Virus record (IMG/VR): IMGVR_UViG_2846902752_000010
Source: an uncultured virus (IMG/VR IMGVR_UViG_2846902752_000010)
Taxonomy: Duplodnaviria > Heunggongvirae > Uroviricota > Caudoviricetes
Length of the DNA stretch: 64,000 nt
Strand: one strand, 5' to 3'
In this document: positions 20,544-30,644 of the stretch, piece after piece
Layout of the letters: each line of letters begins with the position of its first letter
Numbering within the stretch: position 1 is the first letter of the stretch
Program-made: the position numbers and the translations under genes
The notes under the pieces: generated by a model
Told to the model about the DNA's origin: nothing
What the model saw: the letters and a program-made list of their open reading frames with translations, nothing else
Databases searched by the model: none

Positions 20544-21223
20544 TGCATTAATCTGCTCCCTATAAACTGGCTTACGAAGTGTAAGCACACCCGTTTCAGT
20601 TCCACACACTTTTTGAGATTAGCTCCGCAGCATTTTACTACTTTTTGTTTATATATTTTAATAAGTTATAAATTTATTTTTAACGATTAACCTGATCGGA
20701 AGTAGATATTGCTTTCCTCTGTCCACCCCCTCTGATTATCCTACCACCAACGGTTAGCATTCTGTTTTCATTGAGATCTTACACTCCTCCATCAAATTAA
20801 TATCTGTATATTTATACTTATTATACATCATCACACCACAACCATTAATAACATTATATTTACTATTCATCTGACCAAATCAATATTATTACATTTCACT
20901 TAAAAAATAACAACCAACAACTCAAATCACTATTTTAACCAAAAAATAAAGTATATTAATAAATAAAACACAGCATTGCTTTATCGTTATATACCAAATG
21001 ATTATCACACTATTCGTAACATCACTTCATATAGACTATTTTACATATTGCACACTTGTCCTGCGATAATAATATTTTCAGGTTAAATAACCGAGCAATG
21101 ATAACAAAAAAATTAAAAAATGAGATAAATCTTATTTGTAATTAAGGCTGCTATTTTAAAATTATACAGATAGCACAGAAGATCTTATCAATATTTCTAA
21201 CTTAATGTCATGTAAGGATATAT

Positions 21224-21559
21224 ATGAAATCACTGATCACTACCACCATGTTTAGCTTAGGGATTTTATTCTCCGGATTCTCAACTGCAGCTGAAGGTGA
21301 TGAAATTACCAAAGTGTCTTATGCTTGTGCAAATAATCAGACAATGGAAGTTATCTATGTCAACACAGAAAAAGATAGCTATGCTATTATCAATCAAATG
21401 AACGAAATGATTCCGATGAAAATAATGAAAATGGCCTCAGGCGCAAACTATGAAGCCATGAATAAAAATTACACATACAAACTTTATACAAAAGGTAATA
21501 ACGCAAATTTAGTTGAAGGGAATGATAAAGCTGTATTAACAGATTGTAATGCAGATTGA
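21224..21559 (+). CDS. Periplasmic c-type lysozyme inhibitor (PliC/MliC family)
   Basis: Signal peptide; YAC...ASGANY...KG...DC motif. Confidence 0.85.
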   Translation: MKSLITTTMFSLGILFSGFSTAAEGDEITKVSYACANNQTMEVIYVNTEKDSYAIINQMNEMIPMKIMKMASGANYEAMNKNYTYKLYTKGNNANLVEGNDKAVLTDCNAD

Positions 21560-21647
21560 TATAGATTTCTATCTAAGCAAGGGGGACTGTATCCAGTCCC
21601 CACGTGACAACCAAAATAAATTTAATAGCAAATTAAAAGAATATTAA

Positions 21648-22097
21648 TCAAAAACCGAACTCATTAAACATATCTTTACCAATAACATCATTATTGTGAG
21701 ATTTGTTAATATCTTTTATTTGATCAATCAACCCCAAACCAGCCCCGACAGGTCCACTCACACTAAAGCCGACACGGCTGGAGCGGCTACGGCTACGACT
21801 GTTACTATGAGTTTGACTGCTGCCATTGCAGTTGCTTTGACGAACAGTGGTTACACCATTAGCATGGTGTTCTCTTGCCTCACTTTCCGTGCAATCTCTG
21901 CTTGCCTGAGTATCACTATTTCCGGAGGCATAATTATCACTATCCGTATACCACTCACTATATTGTCCAGTCGGAGCAATGATTCCGGATAAAGTATCGT
22001 ATGTTGAGTACTGATGCGGAAGGCTATTACAAGCACTTAATACCATTGAACAAGTGGTGACAAACGTTAATTTAATAAAAGTAGCTATATTCATCAT
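21648..22097 (-). CDS. Hypothetical lipoprotein
   Basis: Lipobox LSAC; Ser-rich. Confidence 0.6.
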   Translation of the reverse strand: MMNIATFIKLTFVTTCSMVLSACNSLPHQYSTYDTLSGIIAPTGQYSEWYTDSDNYASGNSDTQASRDCTESEAREHHANGVTTVRQSNCNGSSQTHSNSRSRSRSSRVGFSVSGPVGAGLGLIDQIKDINKSHNNDVIGKDMFNEFGF

Positions 22098-22282
22098 GTG
22101 TTAATTTCTGAAATAGTAACCATATGTAAAAAAGTGCGGATAATTATTCATTTCTTAAATTTGAAATCAAGACCTAGTGCTCTCTTTTTTAAGAAACAGT
22201 TAACATCCAAAATAAAAACAAACAGATATACACCACCTATTTTTATTTGGTCGCAAAAATCAAACGATTAATGAACTTTTTG

Positions 22283-23833
22283 TTATCTCTCCTCCGCTAT
22301 TTCCTGTGCCTCCCGCTCCATCTGTTCAGCCAGTTCGCGCTGTTTCACATTCCACACAGAGCCCTGCGGCATTTCAACACGTACATCGAGACGGGTGGAT
22401 TCCGGCAGGTCACACAGTTCACCGTCCTGATAAAAGATGCGCTCACCTTCCGGGGTGACGTCTTTCAGCCGCCAGTTCTGGAAACGTTCCGGCAAATGCG
22501 CATGCTGACGGTGACAGGTTTCAATAATCAGGCTGCCGTCACTCTGCACCCTGTCATCGACATAAACCAACTCAAGGCCGTTATTGTCTTTCGGTACTGA
22601 TATACCACCGTTTACACCCCAGGCACCATCTGAGTTATAACCAAGAATGCCGGTAATGTGATATTGGCCGGTGCCGGTGCGGCTGACTTCAGCACCTTCG
22701 GATTCGTCGTTGGTGTCGTAATGGCCATCAGGGTAAATCTGAACGATTGGCGACGATTTTTTATAATATCCACTGCCGTCTACGATATACATATTGGATG
22801 TCAACACCCTTACCGATTCCCATGCAGAACCAGTATACCGATGTATCGCCATGTGCGTCGCGCCGTAGTTGGGAAGGACTATCCTTTGTCCAATATCCCC
22901 GGAATACCTAGTTGTTATAACGCTTCCAAATCTGTCTCCTATGACAGAAGGGGGATTTTGACTGTTCTGGTTAAATCTATACATACCATTAGGCAAATTG
23001 GTATTAGTGAAATTTGTCATATACGGAGGATAGTCCGCGTATACTGACCCCCATCCGGTTGCCTGCTGAATCCAGGAGCGAGTCGCAACTACGCCGGTGT
23101 CATATGGTATCGTCACAATGTGCTGGTTTTCGCCGTTAGCTTGCCGATACACAATGCTAAGCATTGATGCTGTACCCGCATGAGGATTTGTCTCCAGTCG
23201 CACATAGCGGCCATCGATCTTTACTAAATCCAGTCCTGTATATTCTCCGTCACTAAAGCAGCGGGTGGAGCCATCCGAAATCAACGCAAAACGATATCTG
23301 TCTGTGACGGTGTCTTTAAAACCGACTGTTCCCCCGTCTTCCAGCTGAACAACATTCCTTTTGTTCGGACTTTGTACGCGGGTAACAGCAGAATTTGGCT
23401 TATACAGCATCTCCCCGACCCATTCCCTCGAAGCCAGCCCTTTTACATCCTCCAGTGTCACCTTCTGCCCGTTCGGCAACTCAATTTCCACCTGGCCGGT
23501 GTCTGTCATCCACTGCTGCATTGCCTGGAGAAAGTAAACGATATAGCCCTGATTGGCTGACATGGTGCGGGCTGCATCCGAAATGGTATCCGGGACTGTG
23601 GTGGCAATGGAGTATTTCGCACCACTGAGCGTTACCGGGGCATTGAATGACAACACCAGTTCGGTATCACTGTTTACCGCGCGGATCATCATGCTGACCG
23701 GTGCTATACCGTTCTCGATGCTGATAAGCTGGCCCGGGGCCACACCGTGAATGTTCTTTTTCCACTGCGTACCAGTGCCGGTCACAATCGGTGAACCGGC
23801 ATTAATGGCTATGGTGCCGTCGGTGTAAATCAT
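22283..23833 (-). CDS. Side tail fibre protein
   Basis: N-terminal YTDGTI...VTGTGTQW; C-terminal KKSSPIV...GGISVPKDNNG domain; after J. Confidence 0.8.
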   Translation of the reverse strand: MIYTDGTIAINAGSPIVTGTGTQWKKNIHGVAPGQLISIENGIAPVSMMIRAVNSDTELVLSFNAPVTLSGAKYSIATTVPDTISDAARTMSANQGYIVYFLQAMQQWMTDTGQVEIELPNGQKVTLEDVKGLASREWVGEMLYKPNSAVTRVQSPNKRNVVQLEDGGTVGFKDTVTDRYRFALISDGSTRCFSDGEYTGLDLVKIDGRYVRLETNPHAGTASMLSIVYRQANGENQHIVTIPYDTGVVATRSWIQQATGWGSVYADYPPYMTNFTNTNLPNGMYRFNQNSQNPPSVIGDRFGSVITTRYSGDIGQRIVLPNYGATHMAIHRYTGSAWESVRVLTSNMYIVDGSGYYKKSSPIVQIYPDGHYDTNDESEGAEVSRTGTGQYHITGILGYNSDGAWGVNGGISVPKDNNGLELVYVDDRVQSDGSLIIETCHRQHAHLPERFQNWRLKDVTPEGERIFYQDGELCDLPESTRLDVRVEMPQGSVWNVKQRELAEQMEREAQEIAEER

Positions 23834-23945
23834 GGGGTTTCCTTAAATTTCAGACGAAAAAAAACCGCCGGAGCGGTTGTTGGAGGAGATTATTTATTTT
23901 GATTTTAGTTTTGCGGATCGAAGTAAGCGACGGTAACGGCGATAA

Positions 23946-24212
23946 TCAGTCCTCTGTACTCTTGCCTTTAACACATGTAATTTTGTCAAACGTATCCATG
24001 CGGATCCAGCCATGCAAACCCAGAACAGGATCACCTGTACTGAAAAACCGTTTACTGTCCGGCGCATATTTTGTCAGCTTAGCTGAATAATGCCGGTTAT
24101 CCAGCCCCTCAAACATATGCCCGGTGCAATCCACTGGTTTGGTGTATACGTTATGGCTGCAGGCTGTCAGCGTAGTTATTGCAGCTAATGTGATTAATTT
24201 TGATATATTCAT
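23946..24212 (-). CDS. Cor-like superinfection exclusion lipoprotein
   Basis: Lipobox LTAC, paired Cys, 88 aa; position after J plus two tail-tip genes as in phi80/N15. Confidence 0.65.
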   Translation of the reverse strand: MNISKLITLAAITTLTACSHNVYTKPVDCTGHMFEGLDNRHYSAKLTKYAPDSKRFFSTGDPVLGLHGWIRMDTFDKITCVKGKSTED

Positions 24213-24214
24213 TC

Positions 24215-24901
24215 TTATATCCCCGTTGTATCTATTATCATTATATATAGCGGTATATCACATGATTTAAAAGATTGTGATGCATGCGGTCTGGAATACG
24301 TATCAACCAACAGACGTACTTCCAGTTTAGAACCGTTCATTCGCCAGAAATAAGACTCGAATTCCATATATTCATCATAATTTGTTCTTTTCTGAGCACC
24401 ACCGCCAAATACAACTGCACAGTTATTACCATTATTAGGCATTGTCATAGACCACATTGTATCAGGCCATAGTTTAAGCCGCTGAACATGCAGTATATTT
24501 GCAACGCCCCAGTTAGTATTATATACCACCTGATTGGTTAGCGGGTTTATCACAACTATTCCCGTTTTTTGATTACGCACCTTAACAGGAGCGTTGCCAA
24601 ACTCCCAGATTTCTATATTTCCGCCGGGACCGTCGCGGAAAGGCATCGAGACAAAAGCATTGTTATTCGTATTGTCAAACGCCTGACCGCCTATTCTGAC
24701 CCAGAATGATGCTCTGGCTGCGATCATTTGTGTTTTCGGATGAACTCTGGCAGGAAAATAAACCTCTTTAATGGTTCCCTGTCCTGCATCCTGCACTTTC
24801 GGACAATGAAACGACTGTTTTCTGATTAGCCCTAACGCTATATTAGTGCCGTCAATTTGCATCCGGCCGGTGTCACCAAAACATATAAAACCGTGTTTCA
24901 T
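24215..24901 (-). CDS. Tail tip-associated protein
   Basis: 228 aa downstream of J; ends IIDTTGI. Confidence 0.6.
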   Translation of the reverse strand: MKHGFICFGDTGRMQIDGTNIALGLIRKQSFHCPKVQDAGQGTIKEVYFPARVHPKTQMIAARASFWVRIGGQAFDNTNNNAFVSMPFRDGPGGNIEIWEFGNAPVKVRNQKTGIVVINPLTNQVVYNTNWGVANILHVQRLKLWPDTMWSMTMPNNGNNCAVVFGGGAQKRTNYDEYMEFESYFWRMNGSKLEVRLLVDTYSRPHASQSFKSCDIPLYIMIIDTTGI

Positions 24902-25218
24902 GATTTTACACCATATAATATACGCATATAAGTTTCCCTGGCTCTCTGTTCGTCGTTTCGCCTTAAATTACCCTCAAAAATAATAACGCCATTTTCAACC
25001 CGGCAATCGCACCAGCCGTTATGATTGAACCAAAAGCTCGGATTAACCCAGACAAAAATCTCCCCCATAGGGAGCAGGTTCCGGTGATCCCAGCTGTATT
25101 TAAACTGACCGACCGGTGCAGGATTAATATCATGCCAGCCGACGAACCGACCGAGTCTTTTACCGGAATCTAATATTTTATTACCGCGATCATCATATAC
25201 AATAATCCCGTGAGCCAT
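24898..25218 (-). CDS. Tail tip-associated small protein
   Basis: MAHGIIVYDDRG...ILYGV; immediately after J. Confidence 0.6.
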   Translation of the reverse strand: MAHGIIVYDDRGNKILDSGKRLGRFVGWHDINPAPVGQFKYSWDHRNLLPMGEIFVWVNPSFWFNHNGWCDCRVENGVIIFEGNLRRNDEQRARETYMRILYGVKS

Positions 25219-25219
25219 A

Positions 25220-28200
25220 TTAATACCCCGATATATCACCAATAATGACCGTCAGCCGGTTATTGTCATATACTTTAATACCGCCCGCTGTAATACCGGT
25301 ACCGTTTGTTGTTGTTCCGTCAAAGAACTCAAATTTATTAGCCTTTGCATCCAGAATAAAACCCTGTTTACCCGGCACATAGTTCTCCGACTGCATTTTG
25401 TCAGTGACAACCACACTGTTAAGCCATGCCTGATTAATGAACGCCTCACGCATAAAGACCTGTCCGTCCTTCATGTACATGAACATGTCCATCGATTTTT
25501 TCACCGGATTATAAAACGCAAACTGCTGAGCGTTAAAACCGATAAGGGTGTTCACCTGACCACCTTTCAGCTCAGCCCCGATCACCATACCGGCGGAATA
25601 ATCCTCACCGTTATAACGGATCCGGACTTTCATATCGTGGACCACGGATGCCTGACCGGATGCCATATCCCACTGCGCGCGGATGGAGTTCTGCGCCAGC
25701 GCCAGTCCGTCTTCTGCTTTAACCTGTACCGCGTCCAGTTTCTCCGCAAGTGCCGTTGTTTCCGTAACCGTGTAGTTGCGGACATCGATGATTTCTGCTT
25801 TCATAACACCGTTTTCACGCTGCCAGTAACCCCACTGACCGTAAACGTTATTGGCGTTGTTGATAATGGCCTCGAAGTTATCATTCGCCTGAGACTGCAG
25901 GCCTTTAATGATGGCTGAGTCTTCGAGCTCTTTTTGCACTACATCGAATATTTCATCCGCATGGTTATTGGACTGACCTTTTTCTTCAATAAAATGAGAT
26001 TTACCATACTCATTAATACTTCGGATATAAAACCAGTAATCATGTCCGGGCTTTAACTGACCTTTTGACCATACTTTTGCTCTGCCAAGGAATTCAGCCT
26101 CCTGTTCAATGTTATTAATGTTGGTAATTCTTTGCTCGCCGGAAAACCAAAATTCAAACTCAGTATTCAGTGTGTGCGGGGCACTGATATGTGGTATCAA
26201 TTTCACCTCAAAGAAGCCTGACTCAACGCTGATAAACGAAGGGGCCGCTGGCGCACCAATAACCATCAGCACTTTCGACTCGCTTCCCAGCATTCCATTT
26301 TTATCTTTGCCGCGTACGCCAACCAGATATTCCCCAGCGGCCAATCCGTTGAAATAATATTCAAGATCAGACGTTTCACCAGTAAGGACAACCTTGTCAT
26401 CTTTATAAACAGAAACAACGTAAGAAATATTGCGGTTAGCTGTTGTCATGGCCCACATAACTCTGGCCTGAACCTGAGAGCTGTCATTGATATAAGCTAC
26501 GGAAAGGCGTTCAATGTCAGGGATTCGAACCGTATTTTGTGCAGACGGATTACCGGTGAAATTAACACCATCATCTACAATGCGCTCCTTTTTTGGTTCA
26601 TGGAGAATACAGTTAAACTGATAGTTCCCGTCTTTATCTTCAGTAATAGTCAGTACCCGGAACATTCGCGTAATCAGCGTGTTTTTCGATACAGAAAACA
26701 CACCGAATTTTTGCAGTCCGGCTGGTTCGCTCTTCAGGATAACAATGTCGCCATCTACTGATGATATTTCTGTTCTGATGAACTTCCCGCTGCCGCCGAG
26801 GTAAGCAAAATATCCCTTATCACCAGAAGACCATTTTATAGGTGCATCTGTTTTTACTCTGCTGCCAACAACATCTAAAACCCGGCCACCGACTTTTGAA
26901 CCCGCAAATGAATCATCCGCTATTTCAATGATGTCACTCGGAAGACAATTAATACCCTCCCTGAAAGTCGTGAATGTTACACTTTCAGTCTCAAGCTTCT
27001 CTGTTTCCAGAATCCATTTACCAACACGATGAGCCTGCCCCCTGCTGGTGCAACCGAAAGCCGTTACTTTCTTAACATTCAGTCCGCCAAATCTTATGAT
27101 CTGACCATCATCCTGTATAAACTCCCTCTCTTCCTTCCAGCCGTTATCCGGGTTAATCCATGAAACTTCAACTGCATTATGCCTTGCACTTTTAGCTGTT
27201 GATGTATAATTGAATTTCCCGCCGATAACATTTGAGTTTGTGTATGTCCATTCCGGATCTGCGGGCCTGTCCTGAAAGCAGGTTAACTGCACTCCATCCC
27301 ATAAAGGCATTCCGCGAAATACGGATGCCAAATCATCAATAACGTCTTTCGCTTTCCGCTGTGAGGTAATATAGGCATTGAAAGTAAATCGTGGCTCTTT
27401 GCCGCCAAACCCATCCGAAACCATTTCATCGCAATACCTGGCTATCGCATACAAAGCAAACCGGTCACAACCAAAACGCCCCATCACGGAACCAATCCCG
27501 TAACGCCCATTGGTCACCAGATCGTAAAAAATCCATGCGGGATTGTCTGTCCATGCAGGCTTAAACCTCCCCGTCCATATACCGTTATAGCTGCGGGTTT
27601 CCGGGTCATAATTATCCGGGACCTGAACAATCAGCCCTTTGATATGATATGTACGTTTAGGCGTGTCACCATACTGAGATTTATCAATGCGCATACCAAC
27701 CACAGCGGAGTTTGGGTATGAAAATTTAGCATCCGTAATTTCTGTATAGCTGGCCCACACCGTCCCGTTTTTAAGAAGGTCACTTTTACTGTCATCAGTG
27801 AGGCGCGATACTCTTATCTGAAACGGCTTTTGCTTTGGCGCGTTAATAATATGTGATTCAAGGTACTGACCACTTATTTTCCCGGGACCTATTGTGATTG
27901 TTTTTTCTGTCACCCATCCGCTGCCAGCATTAATCTCGACAAGCATCTGAACAGAAGTGTTTTCCTGGTTGCCTTTGTTGTCCTGTTTTACCAGCGCCGA
28001 AACACCTAATGTAAAGCGAATGCGATCGACTTCCTGATCAGATACCGTACGCAATATCGGTGTTTCTTTTTTCACTTCCACGTTTACAGGTATTTCTTTC
28101 TCAACAAACGGGAAACCATCGAGCGGAGACTGAGACTGCGTACCCGATCTCCACTGAACTTCGACCCCGCGAATATTCGGATTACCTTGTTTATCGACTA

Positions 28201-28354
28201 TAGGCGTTCCGTTCAGCAGGAATCCCTGCATTCCGCCAACCGGTCCTTCAATAGGACCTTCTGACACCAAATCAATAATGTTCAGAAACTGCTTATTTTT
28301 CAGGTTGTCATCAACCAGACTCGGCGTGCTTCCGCCACCACCACCTTTGCCCAT
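25220..28354 (-). CDS. Host specificity / central tail fibre J
   Basis: MGKGGGG start, DLVSEGPIEG, WTDNPAW, AFGCTSRGQAHR. Confidence 0.95.
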   Translation of the reverse strand: MGKGGGGGSTPSLVDDNLKNKQFLNIIDLVSEGPIEGPVGGMQGFLLNGTPIVDKQGNPNIRGVEVQWRSGTQSQSPLDGFPFVEKEIPVNVEVKKETPILRTVSDQEVDRIRFTLGVSALVKQDNKGNQENTSVQMLVEINAGSGWVTEKTITIGPGKISGQYLESHIINAPKQKPFQIRVSRLTDDSKSDLLKNGTVWASYTEITDAKFSYPNSAVVGMRIDKSQYGDTPKRTYHIKGLIVQVPDNYDPETRSYNGIWTGRFKPAWTDNPAWIFYDLVTNGRYGIGSVMGRFGCDRFALYAIARYCDEMVSDGFGGKEPRFTFNAYITSQRKAKDVIDDLASVFRGMPLWDGVQLTCFQDRPADPEWTYTNSNVIGGKFNYTSTAKSARHNAVEVSWINPDNGWKEEREFIQDDGQIIRFGGLNVKKVTAFGCTSRGQAHRVGKWILETEKLETESVTFTTFREGINCLPSDIIEIADDSFAGSKVGGRVLDVVGSRVKTDAPIKWSSGDKGYFAYLGGSGKFIRTEISSVDGDIVILKSEPAGLQKFGVFSVSKNTLITRMFRVLTITEDKDGNYQFNCILHEPKKERIVDDGVNFTGNPSAQNTVRIPDIERLSVAYINDSSQVQARVMWAMTTANRNISYVVSVYKDDKVVLTGETSDLEYYFNGLAAGEYLVGVRGKDKNGMLGSESKVLMVIGAPAAPSFISVESGFFEVKLIPHISAPHTLNTEFEFWFSGEQRITNINNIEQEAEFLGRAKVWSKGQLKPGHDYWFYIRSINEYGKSHFIEEKGQSNNHADEIFDVVQKELEDSAIIKGLQSQANDNFEAIINNANNVYGQWGYWQRENGVMKAEIIDVRNYTVTETTALAEKLDAVQVKAEDGLALAQNSIRAQWDMASGQASVVHDMKVRIRYNGEDYSAGMVIGAELKGGQVNTLIGFNAQQFAFYNPVKKSMDMFMYMKDGQVFMREAFINQAWLNSVVVTDKMQSENYVPGKQGFILDAKANKFEFFDGTTTNGTGITAGGIKVYDNNRLTVIIGDISGY

Positions 28355-28936
28355 TTATACTGTCTCCAACCCCTGTGAAATCACATTTGAGCCAACCACC
28401 ATCTCTCCATAACAAAGCGGAACGGGATATCCTTGCCCGATTCTGTTGGAAAGTGAGCTGAAATACTGGTTACTTTCTGAATTGCCTTCACTGAAATTTG
28501 GTGCGCCCGGTGTTCTTGTCAGCATCGTTGCCACCCCTGCTGCCGCTATTCCGACACCAGCAGCAAACATAGCCGTCGATGTCATCGTTGCCAGAAAACC
28601 GCCCGGAATAAAGAATGCCCCGGCAATTAGCGCTGCGCCGCCGATAATGCCAAGGAAGCCACCTGATTTTGCGCCACCTATAACCGGCACTATCGTGATA
28701 ACATCATTGTCATTAAGTGGAGTGTGTAATCCTGCCACTATGCAGTCCTCTGTCATATCATGACCGGCAACGCGTACCCTGAACTGCCCACGGTTTATTT
28801 CCCGTTTTAATCCGTCAATCTGATAACACAGACATCTTAACGCCTCACCTGCACTGCTGACCTCTAATTCAAACCGGCGTCCATATCGGCGTAAATAGCC
28901 AGCAAACTGTAGTCTGACCACTGTTTGTGCCTCCAT
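28355..28936 (-). CDS. Tail assembly protein I
   Basis: Ubiquitin-like N-terminus, IVPVIGGAK, QGYPVPLCYG. Confidence 0.9.
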   Translation of the reverse strand: MEAQTVVRLQFAGYLRRYGRRFELEVSSAGEALRCLCYQIDGLKREINRGQFRVRVAGHDMTEDCIVAGLHTPLNDNDVITIVPVIGGAKSGGFLGIIGGAALIAGAFFIPGGFLATMTSTAMFAAGVGIAAAGVATMLTRTPGAPNFSEGNSESNQYFSSLSNRIGQGYPVPLCYGEMVVGSNVISQGLETV

Positions 28937-29577
28937 ATGCTGTGTGTGAATTTAAACCAGTAGCCACCGTAAACATCCCGCTTACTCAAACGATCAGGGC
29001 GATGATGAAGAATCTCCTGATTACCGATATATAGCGCTGCATGACAAGGTTTTGATGTACCCAGGCAGATAAGAATAACGTCGCCATCCCGTACTTCATC
29101 AACCTGATAAAAACCCTGTCCGGAAATGTTATCCAGATACAGATTGTCACCGGTGTACCACCAATTATCATGTCGCTCAAAGTCATCAAGACTGATGCCG
29201 CACAAATGGTAAGCATCCCGGATAATGCTGTAGCAGTCCTGCACACCGTGATTAAACTCACGCCCCAGCAATCGCGGAACAGGATTAAATTTCAGTAACC
29301 GGTCATCACAAACGAGCCACCACGGTAATCCGGTTTTAACCTGCATATCCCTGTCGCCCGCGCTTAAAAATGGCAGTCCAGCCGGATGACTGTGCACGAC
29401 AGCTTCCACTTCTGCATGACTCTCAGCTCTCAACCATTCCTCTGAGCTGATTTCAAAATAATTTTCCGGGTCAGGGTGAATATTGGTACACGGGAAATAA
29501 ATTCCCCCTGAAACCAGCCCACACGACTCCCTCACACCTTCCGTTGTTGCATGTGCGATAATGTTACTTTCAATCAT
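28864..29577 (-). CDS. Tail assembly protein K (JAB + NlpC/P60)
   Basis: ESCG, VHSHP, DCY, HAALY motifs. Confidence 0.9.
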   Translation of the reverse strand: MIESNIIAHATTEGVRESCGLVSGGIYFPCTNIHPDPENYFEISSEEWLRAESHAEVEAVVHSHPAGLPFLSAGDRDMQVKTGLPWWLVCDDRLLKFNPVPRLLGREFNHGVQDCYSIIRDAYHLCGISLDDFERHDNWWYTGDNLYLDNISGQGFYQVDEVRDGDVILICLGTSKPCHAALYIGNQEILHHRPDRLSKRDVYGGYWFKFTHSIWRHKQWSDYSLLAIYADMDAGLN

Positions 29578-29580
29578 GGG

Positions 29581-30279
29581 TTAACCTAGTTTATTGGAGC
29601 CGAGAAACCCACCGAACGGCAATACTGAGGAGTGGCGAAGTTTGCAGCCACGGTACTTATGAGAGCACTGATCTTTTGTCGGTTCATTGGTCGGCTGATC
29701 CTTTTCGTCTGCGACAGGAGGCCCGTCATACCCGCAATCCTGTCCACGATATCGCCACGGGCATATATCAGCCTGAATAACCCGGGCGGGAATTTGTGCA
29801 TTATCTGTTTCTGTCGGCAGCGCCAGCACATATGTAACGAAATCTGAGTCTGAATTTTCACGTTGCTCAATGACAAATTTCTGTACAGCCTCACGGGACG
29901 GATCTGCCTGATTGTTTCCATCCGGAAAATTTACCGCATCAAGATATTGCTCCATAACCTGCCGTCTGGTAACAATCGCCCCCAGTGCGTCGTCATAATC
30001 GTTATTGATTGCAGTCAGCAACCCATCAATGTTGGCGAATGTCATCTTCGGCCTTGCTGACGCTCCCTGCGCTGTCATGCTGAGTCCGGTTACCTGAACC
30101 GGATACGGATCATATCGGTTACCCTGCCAAATCACCGGTTTCAACAGGCCGTTCATTCCGTCATGAAAGCGGTATACATTCCCGCCGAAGCGACTTAAAT
30201 CCACCTCATACAAATCAAGCATTGCTGATTGTTCAATCTGAGTAACCGCAATCCGCATATCTGCCGGAATATCTCTCAC
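29581..30279 (-). CDS. Minor tail protein L
   Basis: CPWRYRGQDCGY and DQCSHKYRGCKLR Fe-S cysteines. Confidence 0.92.
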   Translation of the reverse strand: MRDIPADMRIAVTQIEQSAMLDLYEVDLSRFGGNVYRFHDGMNGLLKPVIWQGNRYDPYPVQVTGLSMTAQGASARPKMTFANIDGLLTAINNDYDDALGAIVTRRQVMEQYLDAVNFPDGNNQADPSREAVQKFVIEQRENSDSDFVTYVLALPTETDNAQIPARVIQADICPWRYRGQDCGYDGPPVADEKDQPTNEPTKDQCSHKYRGCKLRHSSVLPFGGFLGSNKLG

Positions 30280-30605
30280 GCAACCACCTCCTCAAATACA
30301 CAATCAATCTGCCAGACAGACTGTTTCCTCGTTACCTGCCAGTTACGGCACACGAATGTCCGCAGGGTTCTGTCATCCCCTGTCAGCCACAGGAATGATT
30401 CCACGGCCCCACGCTGACTGAGAAAATTATCTATTTCACGTCCGACAGAAACCGGTTTGATGAATGCCAGGTTATATGTTTTAAGCTGATTATTGATTCC
30501 GTCTTTGGCTCTCTGCTCGTAGCCATTGCCGAATTTTGCAACCCTGACCTTCGGTTCATTATTAATTTGGCAGGCATCCTCAGGACGCCATTTAAATTCA
30601 TCCAT
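30276..30605 (-). CDS. Minor tail protein M
   Basis: KFGNGYEQR...GINN motif. Confidence 0.9.
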   Translation of the reverse strand: MDEFKWRPEDACQINNEPKVRVAKFGNGYEQRAKDGINNQLKTYNLAFIKPVSVGREIDNFLSQRGAVESFLWLTGDDRTLRTFVCRNWQVTRKQSVWQIDCVFEEVVA

Positions 30606-30644
30606 TTATCGGTTCCATTAAAAAAGCCACCGTACTGGTGGCTG

